Assembly (NCBI GenBank): GCA_963733055.1
Contig: CAVTBR010000003.1
Coordinates: 1-64,000, forward strand
Length of the DNA stretch: 64,000 bases
Direction of reading: 5' to 3'
Origin: Candidatus Bathyarchaeota archaeon
GTDB taxonomy: Archaea > Thermoproteota > Bathyarchaeia > 40CM-2-53-6
This document shows, piece after piece, positions 10,817 through 19,386 of the stretch. Each line of letters starts with the position of its first letter. The stretch's first letter is position 1. The notes beneath the pieces are model-generated. The model saw only the letters and a list, made by a program, of their open reading frames with translations, was not told where the DNA came from and did no database searches. The position numbers and the translations under genes are program-made.

Positions 10817-11818
10817 ATGATCAGAAACTTCGCTCGCGTACTTGTTCTCCTTGTGCTCGCATTAATTGCCATGGGATTTTCTACAATTTCTTGTTACGCC
10901 ACCGGAATCGTCCCCCAAGCCGGATCAATGGCGATAATCACCAATCAACCGACGGCGGAAGGTTCCGGGGTTGAAGTATTCACTGTGCTCGTCAGTAGCC
11001 GCGGATTCAACGGTTCATCCAACACCCTCAATCTAAATGTTCCACAAGGAGACCAGGTTGACATAACATTCGTGTACAGCGACCCGACAATCAATACGGC
11101 TCACCAGTTAGCAGTCGAAGGCTACAACATTCGGACTTCAATAATCGACCAGGCCAATCCGATTTCGAAAATTCAGTTCGTAGCCGGACAGATAGGGAGT
11201 TTCCAGGTCCATTGCATTATTCCATGCGTGGGAATGGAGAATCTTCAAAACGCTTGGCTGCTCGTCAAAGCATCACCGGGGGTGACAATAGGAACGACGT
11301 TATCGTTAAGAAATGGTCTCTCACTGGCTCTCAATGGTTCTGTGCTTAATATCATAGCACATGTGACTGACAAAGCAGGAAATCCGATAACCGGCCTTAT
11401 CATTAGCTTCTATGTGAGTACCGACTTTGGCATGATGGATATCGGCAACAACGTGACCGACACAAATGGCGTGGCTCACTTTACTTACCCATTACCTTCA
11501 CTTCGCAACATGACGGTTGCAGCGTACTTCCCCGGAAGCGGCATCTACCTAAGCGGAAATGCGACTGCTTCCTTCGCCCCGTCGAACTCTGGCATAGGCA
11601 CAGGCTTCGTTTCCGTTGGCGGTGGGATCAACAATCCCCCCGGCGGAGAAGGTAGCTTTTTCGACCCTCGACTGGTCGGGGTCCCCACGGAAGTTAATGA
11701 AGCCTTGACTGTGATCGTGTTGATCGTCATACTCTGCGTTTGGTCAACATTTGCGTATGTTGTAAGCCTAGTCTTGAGAATAAAGAAACATAACTCTAAG
11801 AAAATTGGAGGAGGTTAG
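10817..11818 (+). CDS. secreted cupredoxin + Ig-like domain protein with C-terminal TM anchor
   Basis: Signal peptide, VPQGDQVDITF...AHQL...GSFQVHCIIPCVGM, Ig-like motifs (DKAGNPI, TDTNGVAHFTY) and a C-terminal TM helix. Confidence 0.7.
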   Translation: MIRNFARVLVLLVLALIAMGFSTISCYATGIVPQAGSMAIITNQPTAEGSGVEVFTVLVSSRGFNGSSNTLNLNVPQGDQVDITFVYSDPTINTAHQLAVEGYNIRTSIIDQANPISKIQFVAGQIGSFQVHCIIPCVGMENLQNAWLLVKASPGVTIGTTLSLRNGLSLALNGSVLNIIAHVTDKAGNPITGLIISFYVSTDFGMMDIGNNVTDTNGVAHFTYPLPSLRNMTVAAYFPGSGIYLSGNATASFAPSNSGIGTGFVSVGGGINNPPGGEGSFFDPRLVGVPTEVNEALTVIVLIVILCVWSTFAYVVSLVLRIKKHNSKKIGGG

Positions 11819-11822
11819 AAAC

Positions 11823-12365
11823 ATGAAGTCGAACATTTTCTCCGGTAAGAACAGGAAGTATCTTGCACTCGCACCAATCGTCGTACTCACGCTGACGATG
11901 CTGTTTACTCAAGCCTTCCTCGTGGGCCCTTGGGTTCAAGAACGGAAAATGTCCAATGAGGTTGATTTCTGCCCTCAAACTCTATGCCTGGTCGATTACA
12001 ACTATAACAGGGATCAAATCCAAGCCTCGGTAACACTATACAACGCCGGCAGCAAGCCGCTGACGATAACTGATGTATTCTACGATGGGAAAAGACTTAC
12101 TGAGGGTTTTGTTGGGGCGCCTAATGACCCAACAATTATGCCTCTGCCGGGGCCTGCCGTAAGCGCCGACGACATTATCTTCCCAGTGGCTAACCAGTGG
12201 AACATGAACACAGACGGTCCCACAACCCCCACAGTCTTACCCGGAGGCATCGCAACTTTGTACCTCGGCGTCGCCACTTTCAACTCGGGGTCTCCACACA
12301 TCCTGAAGATCGTTGTACAAGGTGCAAGCTTTGCATTCGTCATAGTGTCCAGACCATTGGGTTGA
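11823..12365 (+). CDS. membrane-anchored hypothetical beta-rich protein
   Basis: ATG 11823 follows GGAGG; one TM helix then LYNAGSKPLTITDVFYDG. Confidence 0.6.
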   Translation: MKSNIFSGKNRKYLALAPIVVLTLTMLFTQAFLVGPWVQERKMSNEVDFCPQTLCLVDYNYNRDQIQASVTLYNAGSKPLTITDVFYDGKRLTEGFVGAPNDPTIMPLPGPAVSADDIIFPVANQWNMNTDGPTTPTVLPGGIATLYLGVATFNSGSPHILKIVVQGASFAFVIVSRPLG

Positions 12366-12539
12366 CTTTGGATTACTTGCGGGGGTCTTACACGTAGATT
12401 CAGCCCGGCATTGTCTGACGATGTGAACCTGCGATTATCCACAAAATTTGCCGACGTATGAAGAAACGCATGTTTCGCCTTTAGCAAAGGTAGCAGAACT
12501 GCAAGTCATCAAGTGACATGCGGGAAATCCGAGAGGGCA

Positions 12540-12893
12540 CTAGCCTCCCGCAACAAGCGGTACGAAATCAACCAAGTCTCCGTCGTTCAAAGGAGAATCT
12601 AGCCCTGTAACAGGCGCATTGTTTACCATTATCAGCATCGCCGCCATCATCTGTGGCGACAGCGAAGGGTGCCTCTGCACAATGGTACTCAACAAGCTAC
12701 GTAGCGAAGCGGGGGCCGGCAATTCGATATATTCATCGCTTACATTAACGAATTGCTGCATCTGAAAGTAGATGACTTTTACGTTAACAAGTGCAGGTCG
12801 TTGAAGAAAATCAATCAAGTTAACGGTAGTGAGAGCGGCTCCTCCGACCACTACGGAACCGATTGCCAAACGCAGGAAACTTCGCCTCTCCAA
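12540..12893 (-). CDS. MoaD/ThiS/SAMP ubiquitin-like protein with N-terminal twin-arginine signal
   Basis: N-terminal MERRSFLRLAIGSVVVGGAAL; C-terminal LNDGDLVDFVPLVAGG-stop. Confidence 0.85.
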   Translation of the reverse strand: MERRSFLRLAIGSVVVGGAALTTVNLIDFLQRPALVNVKVIYFQMQQFVNVSDEYIELPAPASLRSLLSTIVQRHPSLSPQMMAAMLIMVNNAPVTGLDSPLNDGDLVDFVPLVAGG

Positions 12894-13002
12894 TTCTCAA
12901 CTCTCCTGGGTCCGTAGGTTAGGCTGACGCGCTCCACCGAACAATATTAAGGCAACCTATAACGATGTAGCCAAATTCCAAGTTTGGAAACCAGCGATTG
13001 AA

Positions 13003-13365
13003 GTGCAAATCAACGAAGACGATCGAAAAAAGGCTGTAATGCGAGCCTTGCTGGACGACCATTCAAGATTAATACTGACGGCGACGATGCTCGCTCCTAA
13101 ATCAGTGATAGACATTACGCGTGAGCAAAAGATTCCGATAACGTCAGCTTATAGAAAAGTTAAGGAGCTGAAGGAATTCGGATTGTTGAAAGTTGAACGG
13201 ATTGTAGTTACCCCGGACGGCAAGAAATTCGAGCTTGTGAAGAGCACGATAAGAACGGCCAGCGTTCAATTTCATGAGGGAACTTTAGATGTAGATGTGA
13301 CAGCTGGCCTAGAGGCGGACGAGAAGTTCGTGAGACGATTCTTTGCACTCAGGGAGGCCAGGTGA
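13003..13365 (+). CDS. ArsR-like winged-helix regulator
   Basis: ALLDDHSRLIL...KSVIDITREQKIPITSAYRKVKELKEFGLL. Confidence 0.85.
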   Translation: MQINEDDRKKAVMRALLDDHSRLILTATMLAPKSVIDITREQKIPITSAYRKVKELKEFGLLKVERIVVTPDGKKFELVKSTIRTASVQFHEGTLDVDVTAGLEADEKFVRRFFALREAR

Positions 13366-13643
13366 GGTTGCAGGATATCTACATACTGCGCTTTCTGAAA
13401 CTCCTCATAGTTCTACTCGGGGCCGTCCTCATCTATTTGGCACTCAAGGGTTATCGCAAGAGTCGACGGAAGGATATGATCTTCCTGGCACTCGGTTTCG
13501 CATTGATTACCGCAGGCTCAGTCGCGGCAGGCATACTATTCGAGTTCCTCGGCTTCCAGCTTGTTGATGTAGATATCGTGGAATCAGCGATGGTCATACT
13601 TGGCTTTGGGTGTTTGATATATTCCATTTTCGGGTTCGACTAA
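13362..13643 (+). CDS. small 3-TM membrane protein of the type often paired with archaeal wHTH regulators
   Basis: YLALKGYRKSRRKDMIFLALGFALI; 4-nt overlap with the upstream gene. Confidence 0.75.
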   Translation: MRLQDIYILRFLKLLIVLLGAVLIYLALKGYRKSRRKDMIFLALGFALITAGSVAAGILFEFLGFQLVDVDIVESAMVILGFGCLIYSIFGFD

Positions 13644-13644
13644 C

Positions 13645-13917
13645 ATGTATGCCTATGACCCGTTCGAACTTGCAAGCTTTCTGCTCATGATGTACACAAC
13701 TGGACTAGGAGTCTACATCACTATCCGCGCAGTTCGAGTGGGCCTACCATTCCTCCTCCTTTCCCTCTTGCTATCTCTGATGACTTTCTTTCACGGATTC
13801 CATCACCTGTCAGCCTATCTTGGCTACCCTATGCTGGAGCAAACATTCGAACTCTGCGCCTCGGTTTGTACTTTGGTTTTAGGGCTTGTTTACGTTTACG
13901 TTTGGAGAAGGCCTTGA
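13645..13917 (+). CDS. small 3-TM membrane protein with His cluster
   Basis: Hydrophobic; contains FFHGFHHL; tightly coupled in the operon. Confidence 0.65.
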   Translation: MYAYDPFELASFLLMMYTTGLGVYITIRAVRVGLPFLLLSLLLSLMTFFHGFHHLSAYLGYPMLEQTFELCASVCTLVLGLVYVYVWRRP

Positions 13918-14198
13918 ACTTGTCGCAGTTAATCGCGCAAACTACCTTTGTTCTGTTGGTGCTGGCAGCAGTGGTCTTTCTCTTTCAAGCTGTTCGTCAA
14001 AAGAAGGCGGGAGACGGTTTCGGCTCAGCTTTCCCGACAATTCTTCTGATCGTAATTGTGGGTTGGATAACCACTGAGGTCGTAAGTGATACGTTTGGAA
14101 CCTCACTGGGGATAATGGGAGAATGGGCACATCTCAGCGTAATGTTCATTTTTGCTGGCTGCATAACTCTGCAGTTGAGGCAGGCAGGAAAGCATTAG
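13914..14198 (+). CDS. small 3-TM membrane protein
   Basis: TTG 13914 overlaps the upstream TGA; three hydrophobic segments. Confidence 0.6.
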   Translation: MNLSQLIAQTTFVLLVLAAVVFLFQAVRQKKAGDGFGSAFPTILLIVIVGWITTEVVSDTFGTSLGIMGEWAHLSVMFIFAGCITLQLRQAGKH

Positions 14199-14438
14199 AT
14201 CCGTCCTGTTGGGACGAAAGAAATTGCTGAATTCTACATCTTCAAATCATCGCCGTTGATAGACAAAGGCTTACAGGAAGTTGGAACTTTGGCAGCGATA
14301 GTTGGAGTCGTTAGAGGCGGGAACGTTGTTCAAAACATCTTCACTCCCGGCTTCAAGCCGCAGGAAGGAGATACAACTCTCGTCCTAGGAGACCCATCAA
14401 ATCTACAGAAGCTCGAAGAAGAAGCCCACGCTACCTAG
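14199..14438 (+). pseudogene. TrkA-C (RCK-C) domain remnant
   Basis: IRPVGTKEIAEFYIFKSSPLIDKGLQEV...IVGVVRGG...QEGDTTLVLGD; no convincing start. Confidence 0.55.
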
Positions 14439-14676
14439 AACATCGTGTGCCTTTCCTCATCAAACGTTCCAAAGGTTTCATTGATATTCGACGCGCAATG
14501 CGACTGCGCAGTCGGAGCACAATGACCGTACCTACCTCTCTTCATATTGCTGAAATCTGGTTGGGAATTTCAAGGCAGGTTAAATAAGAAAACCTAGCGG
14601 TAGCCAGGGCCGGTAATTCTGAGGCGTTTCGGACGAAATCAAATTCATAGATTAGCGTACGAAAAACGGTCGAACA

Positions 14677-16131
14677 TTGATGAAATACAAGTGGGTCGTG
14701 CTTACGGTAACTTCCGTCGGCGTCTTGATGGACGGTATCGACTCACGAATTGTTATCATTGGTATTCCGCAAGTTGCGGCGGCACTTCACGCAGATATTG
14801 AGCAAGCCATCTGGTTCACGCAGTCCTATGTTCTCGTCGGCACCATTGTTCTGCTTCTCATCGGAAGAATGACCGATATGGTCGGGAGGGTAAGAATCTA
14901 CACAACCGGGTTCGCGATCTTCACTATCGGTTCTGCCCTTACGAGTCTCGCTCAGAACCCCAACCAGTTCATTCTGTGGAGGGGATTGCAGGGGCTTGGA
15001 GTTGCGATGCTGTTCATCAACAGCGTGGCAATGATTGTCGACGCGACACCTAGAAAAGAGCTCGGATTCTCCCTTGGAATTAATCAGATAGCCTTTCGGT
15101 TCGGCGCGATGGCCGGATTGACTTTGAGTGGACTGATTCTCTCCTTCTTCGACTGGAGGGCGCTCTTCTACGTTAACATCCCCATCGGAATCTTCGGAAC
15201 GTTCTGGGCACATCGCAGGTTGAAGGAAATAGCCAAGGTAGAGAAGAAGACTAAGGTAGATTGGTTCGGGTTCGCATCATTTTCCATTTCGATTACGACT
15301 CTTGTGCTTGCGTTGACCTATGACGCGTATGGGTTGTCTGAAGCGGCGGTTGTCTACGGGCTGTTGGTCGTTAGCGTAGTGACCCTTGCCATCTTCGTTG
15401 TGCGTGAGATGAGGGTGAAGAATCCGCTGCTCGACTTGGGTTTGTTGAAGATACGGGAATTCACTGGAGGGGTGACCGCTCAATTGCTGAACGCCATAGC
15501 TTGGGGAGCTTTTCTCCTGCTGCTCAGCCTTTACTTCCAGCTGATTCTTGACATGAGTCCTCTGGCAGCTGGAGTGGGAATAATCCCTTTTGACATTGCG
15601 TTTCTTATCTGTGGACCGTTAAGTGGAAGATTATCTGATAAATTCGGGCATCTTCCATTCACCACATCCGGACTCACCGTTTCGAGCTTTGGGCTGTACC
15701 TCTTCTCGACCGTCACAATTTCTACGCCAATTTTGTTCGTGATCGTTTACATGATATTAGTCGGAGTTGGCATGGGGTTGTTCGTTTCCCCAAACATAAG
15801 TTCTGTAATGAGCTCCGTGCCCGAGAGACGTAGAGGAATCGCATCGGCCTTTAGGGCAACCTTCTTTCAGGTTGGTTATGTGATCAGTCTCAATGCCGCT
15901 GTGCTGATAATGACCTCGGTTGTTCCGTATCAGACGATAACTCAGATAGTATCATCGATAAACCCTATTGCGATAACCGCCTCTGACAAACTCCTCTTCA
16001 TGAATGGACTCAGCAGAGCTTACTTCTGGCTCGCAATCGTCAACATCGCCGCGATTCCACCTTCAGTGCTCAGAGGAAGCTCAAGGTACAAGTCAAAAGT
16101 AAGAATCATAGAGCAAAACATCCGTGAATGA
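14677..16131 (+). CDS. MFS transporter, DHA2 (EmrB/QacA-like)
   Basis: About 14 TMs; GRMTDMVGR, WRALFYVNIPIG and GRLSDKFG motifs. Confidence 0.9.
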   Translation: MMKYKWVVLTVTSVGVLMDGIDSRIVIIGIPQVAAALHADIEQAIWFTQSYVLVGTIVLLLIGRMTDMVGRVRIYTTGFAIFTIGSALTSLAQNPNQFILWRGLQGLGVAMLFINSVAMIVDATPRKELGFSLGINQIAFRFGAMAGLTLSGLILSFFDWRALFYVNIPIGIFGTFWAHRRLKEIAKVEKKTKVDWFGFASFSISITTLVLALTYDAYGLSEAAVVYGLLVVSVVTLAIFVVREMRVKNPLLDLGLLKIREFTGGVTAQLLNAIAWGAFLLLLSLYFQLILDMSPLAAGVGIIPFDIAFLICGPLSGRLSDKFGHLPFTTSGLTVSSFGLYLFSTVTISTPILFVIVYMILVGVGMGLFVSPNISSVMSSVPERRRGIASAFRATFFQVGYVISLNAAVLIMTSVVPYQTITQIVSSINPIAITASDKLLFMNGLSRAYFWLAIVNIAAIPPSVLRGSSRYKSKVRIIEQNIRE

Positions 16132-16217
16132 AGCCCGTGTACAGACTGGGTTCTGCTCCTAGCGGAGTAGGGCACCATTCAACGGATTGAATTGAGGTGG
16201 GCCAGGTGGACAGTCGT

Positions 16218-18164
16218 CTACATTTGGGCTTTGAGATGCTGGGTGAAGAAGCTGGTTATCTTGCTGTAGCAGGTTATCCTGTTCTTGAGTTTGATCACGT
16301 CGTGTCCCTCGTCCTCGAACACTAGGTAATCTACGGGTACGCCGCGTGATCGCAACCTCTCGACCACATCCGCGGTTTCCCTTTCTACGACTCTCGGGTC
16401 GTTCCGGCCCTGGATCATTAGCATTGGGCACTTCACCTGGTCGATGTAAGTGTAGGGCGAACGTTCTAGGAGGAACTCCTTGTCCTTCTCGGGGTGGCCG
16501 ACAGAGAGGTAGAAGTGGGTTCGCCAGGTCTCGGGGAGACGCTGGATGAAAGTGATCAAATTGTACGGACCGAACATATCCACGCCTGCCTTCCAGAGAT
16601 CGGGAAATCTCGACACCAACGTCAACGTCATGTACCCACCATACGATCTCCCGATTACGGCGCGCCTGGACGAGTCGATGCGTGGATCCTTTTCGAGCAT
16701 CTTCAACCCCTCGACCTGATCCAGCGCATCCTTGCCGCCCCAGTCGTGGTCGACCATCTTCATGAACCTCAAACCGTACCCTGAACTACCCCTGACGTTT
16801 GGTACGAATACCGCGAAACCATTCAAGGTCAAGTGCTGAATCAGTGGCATCGAAAACCAAGTAAAGTCCGGTTTCTCCTGGCTCTGAGGCCCGCCATGCA
16901 CGTAGAGCACAAGCGGGTAGGGTCCGGTTGTTCCTATGGCTTTTGATGGCAAGTAGAGGCGGGCGCTAATTCGAAGCCCGTCCAAACTCTCGTAGCTCGC
17001 GTCTTCACCGCGGCTGAGATACCTCTCAGGAATTCCTAAAACGCGCTCGGCAGAGCGCGCAGCGTACTGGTTCGCTTTCGGTGCTCGTGACCTGTAAAGA
17101 TACAACTGTGATGGTCTAGTCGCGGTCGTGAATGAGAAAGCATATCCGGCTTCACGTTTCCTGCGCGACGTGCAAACCCACGGCTCAATCCCCATGACGA
17201 CTCCGTTCGAAACTGGAGGCTTTCCAACTATCGTCCGTTGAATCGTAAAACATGGTTTCTTGGCGTTGCTGAACTTTCCCTCATAGATCCAGGTGCAACC
17301 ATCAATATTGTACTCCAGGATGTACTTGCCATCGACCTTACGCACATCCTCAAGCTCCCCGGAACCTTCATGTTTGATCCCTCGCACCGTTACAGATGCG
17401 AGATTGAATGAGTTGCCGAAGGGAATGTAAGCCAGCGAACCCTCGTCGCTCAGTAGTGTTGTTCTGACAAGAATTCCGCGCTCGTCTTCGGTGAAATTGC
17501 TTCGAAAAATCCCCGAGGGAGGATATTGCATGTTCTGCTCTCGCTTGTCCAGCGGCACGCCGAAGAGTAATTCACGTTGCTTCGACTTACTAGTCCAGAG
17601 ATAGAGGACATTGTCGGCGGCCGTGTAACCGTCCACCAGAATTACTTTTGAGTGGTTCTTACTGGTTCCGGCGCAGTAGTTCCCATATACACTCGTCCCC
17701 AGCGAAAGTTCTTGAAGATCCTGGAGATTCGCTCGGAGGCATTCAATGTTCGGTGTCTTCCTGTCATCTCGGTAGAAGTAAACCATATTCTTCGTTCGGT
17801 CGTAGTGGATGCAGGCCAACTGTTGTTTCTGGTACTTGTTCCCGAAGATTGACTCTGGAACTCCGCCCTCTAGGGGTACAAAGCATGGCTGATAGTTCTC
17901 ATCGCCATTATTGTCGATCATAACTAGCAGCTTACCTAGATCTGGAAAGACAACAAAAGATTCTCCAATCATAAGATGCGGATTCTGAAGAGCAGTGGTT
18001 GAAGGAAGCAACGGCTCGGGCATGCTCCCATCCTTGTTCATCCTGTAAAGGCTGATCAAACCGCTGGCATCACTCAAGAAATACAGGTAATCATCGACGA
18101 GCTGCGGCGAGAGAATACGTCGTGCAGAGAGAAGAGATTCCAATGGAAACTGCCTAACCATCAA
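16218..18164 (-). CDS. S9-family acylaminoacyl/prolyl oligopeptidase
   Basis: HGGP, NVRGSSGYG, GRSYGG nucleophile, NDPRV and DEGH. Confidence 0.93.
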   Translation of the reverse strand: MMVRQFPLESLLSARRILSPQLVDDYLYFLSDASGLISLYRMNKDGSMPEPLLPSTTALQNPHLMIGESFVVFPDLGKLLVMIDNNGDENYQPCFVPLEGGVPESIFGNKYQKQQLACIHYDRTKNMVYFYRDDRKTPNIECLRANLQDLQELSLGTSVYGNYCAGTSKNHSKVILVDGYTAADNVLYLWTSKSKQRELLFGVPLDKREQNMQYPPSGIFRSNFTEDERGILVRTTLLSDEGSLAYIPFGNSFNLASVTVRGIKHEGSGELEDVRKVDGKYILEYNIDGCTWIYEGKFSNAKKPCFTIQRTIVGKPPVSNGVVMGIEPWVCTSRRKREAGYAFSFTTATRPSQLYLYRSRAPKANQYAARSAERVLGIPERYLSRGEDASYESLDGLRISARLYLPSKAIGTTGPYPLVLYVHGGPQSQEKPDFTWFSMPLIQHLTLNGFAVFVPNVRGSSGYGLRFMKMVDHDWGGKDALDQVEGLKMLEKDPRIDSSRRAVIGRSYGGYMTLTLVSRFPDLWKAGVDMFGPYNLITFIQRLPETWRTHFYLSVGHPEKDKEFLLERSPYTYIDQVKCPMLMIQGRNDPRVVERETADVVERLRSRGVPVDYLVFEDEGHDVIKLKNRITCYSKITSFFTQHLKAQM

Positions 18165-18291
18165 CCCAACACCAGTCCGACTTCTGAGTTAGTTTCATCT
18201 GTAGATTATTTACGAATATTGTATAGCTGAAACTTCGGGAAAGGAAGCACGGAGGATTTGTTGGTGCGGCCGCCGGGATTCGGACCCGGGT

Positions 18292-18314
18292 TCCCTCGCT
18301 GCCGGAGGGCAGCT
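18292..18314 (-). other. tRNA intron 3 (23 nt, position 45/46)
   Basis: Helix CCUC/GAGG, bulges AA^A and GA^A, intron stem GCUGCC/GGCAGC. Confidence 0.9.
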
Positions 18315-18347
18315 TTGAGGCTTGGGAAGCCCCCGTCATAGACCAGG

Positions 18348-18370
18348 CAGTCCTCCCCTTGATCGGGGAT
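18348..18370 (-). other. tRNA intron 2 (23 nt, position 15/16)
   Basis: Helix GUCC/GGAC, bulges AG^A and UG^C, intron stem UCCCC/GGGGA. Confidence 0.9.
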
Positions 18371-18377
18371 CTGGACC

Positions 18378-18425
18378 ACGGCTAAGCGGAGCATCGAGCG
18401 GCTCTCGCACTCGGAGGCCAGCCCA
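18378..18425 (-). other. tRNA intron 1 (48 nt, position 8/9)
   Basis: BHB central helix GGCU/AGCC with bulges GU^U and GU^G. Confidence 0.8.
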
Positions 18426-18455
18426 ACAGCCGCAAGCTCCCGAATCCATCAACCA

Positions 18456-18462
18456 AATAAAA
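18456..18462 (-). promoter_or_regulatory. putative TATA box of the tRNA-Gly gene
   Basis: TTTTATT on the minus strand about 25 nt upstream of the mature 5' end. Confidence 0.5.
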
Positions 18463-18539
18463 GCATCACGACGCAACCCGAACGACGAGTCTTCGGTTGT
18501 TTTCGTTTCTGGTTTCTACTGGCCGTGAACGATAAGCTC

Positions 18540-18899
18540 TCACTTTTCGCTCGGAGACTCTTCGAGTTCCTCAAGAAACTCTTCGAAAATCATTCGAATT
18601 TTCAAGGGCATGTCGGGTAACTTGTTCCGTGTTGCCTCTGCGAAATATGCAATCATGCTTTCAGGAGAGGTGGATGTGACTTCAAAGGTGCTGGGCTCGG
18701 TTTTAGGCGTGACTTCCACGACCACGATATGAATACTATCCGCGATATTCGCTGTGACTTTAGCGGCGGCAAGACTTTTAGTTTCTCTTTCAATTTCGTT
18801 CGCCCAATGCTGAAGGTCTTGCAAAGAGAGACTTTTCGCCTCTTTTTCCAGCTCATCTGCTAGGTCGTCAAAATCGTCAGCATCTATGCTGATTGGCAT
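18540..18899 (-). CDS. hypothetical acidic protein
   Basis: ORF 18540..18953; likely start at MPISIDADD; no recognised family. Confidence 0.55.
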   Translation of the reverse strand: MPISIDADDFDDLADELEKEAKSLSLQDLQHWANEIERETKSLAAAKVTANIADSIHIVVVEVTPKTEPSTFEVTSTSPESMIAYFAEATRNKLPDMPLKIRMIFEEFLEELEESPSEK

Positions 18900-18936
18900 T
18901 ATAACCTGCCTCTGCCAATGTTCATATGGCTCAGAG

Positions 18937-19386
18937 CTAAGGGAGCAAGTCATCCTCAGCCTCGATTGTCACATGCTTTTCCTGTTTGTCCAGACGAACA
19001 ATCAGTTCTATGTCGTTTGTGTCATTGAGTTGGTGTCCTTCAATATCCCTTCTGCAGACTGGTTTGTTATCTGTCGTCCACCCGTAGGCCCACAAATTCC
19101 AATGCCTATCTTTTCTGTCGTGGAAAACTGCTAGAGATACTCGCGCGTGCTGACTTTCATTTGCAATGGTTAGGGCACCACTACCCATTACTGGATAACG
19201 AGAAGGCATAGATGCCCTGTCGGATTGTGGATATGGGAAACCTGGAGAATAGGCAATTGCGGCGCAACGAGTCAACTCAGCGTCTGGGGTTAGACCGACA
19301 AAAGACTTCCATTCGGATCTGTTCATATCTATCACCCAGTTCACATCCGTAGAGTTAATGCGCCACCCAATTTTAGCGTCTGCCAT
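18937..19386 (-). CDS. hypothetical protein
   Basis: 149-aa ATG ORF with protein-like composition. Confidence 0.55.
   Translation of the reverse strand: MADAKIGWRINSTDVNWVIDMNRSEWKSFVGLTPDAELTRCAAIAYSPGFPYPQSDRASMPSRYPVMGSGALTIANESQHARVSLAVFHDRKDRHWNLWAYGWTTDNKPVCRRDIEGHQLNDTNDIELIVRLDKQEKHVTIEAEDDLLP

Larger units (their letters stand above)
18262..18433 (-). tRNA. tRNA-Gly(CCC) with three BHB introns (8/9, 15/16, 45/46), CCA encoded
   Basis: Removing 18378..18425, 18348..18370 and 18292..18314 gives a 78-nt cloverleaf GCGGCTGTGGTCCAGCCTGGTCTATGACGGGGGCTTCCCAAGCCTCAAACCCGGGTCCGAATCCCGGCGGCCGCACCA. Confidence 0.92.

Noticed and set aside
18262-18300. att site or integrated element at tRNA-Gly
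   Set aside because: No duplicate of the tRNA 3' end and no integrase found in the window.
18378-18433. Split or permuted tRNA, or an intron at 3/4-5/6
   Set aside because: Those junctions give no 4-bp central helix. The 8/9 junction gives a perfect BHB and a valid acceptor stem with one U.G pair.
18540-18899. Weak resemblance to phage HK97 gp10-like proteins
   Set aside because: Only a few loosely matching residues and no other viral genes nearby.
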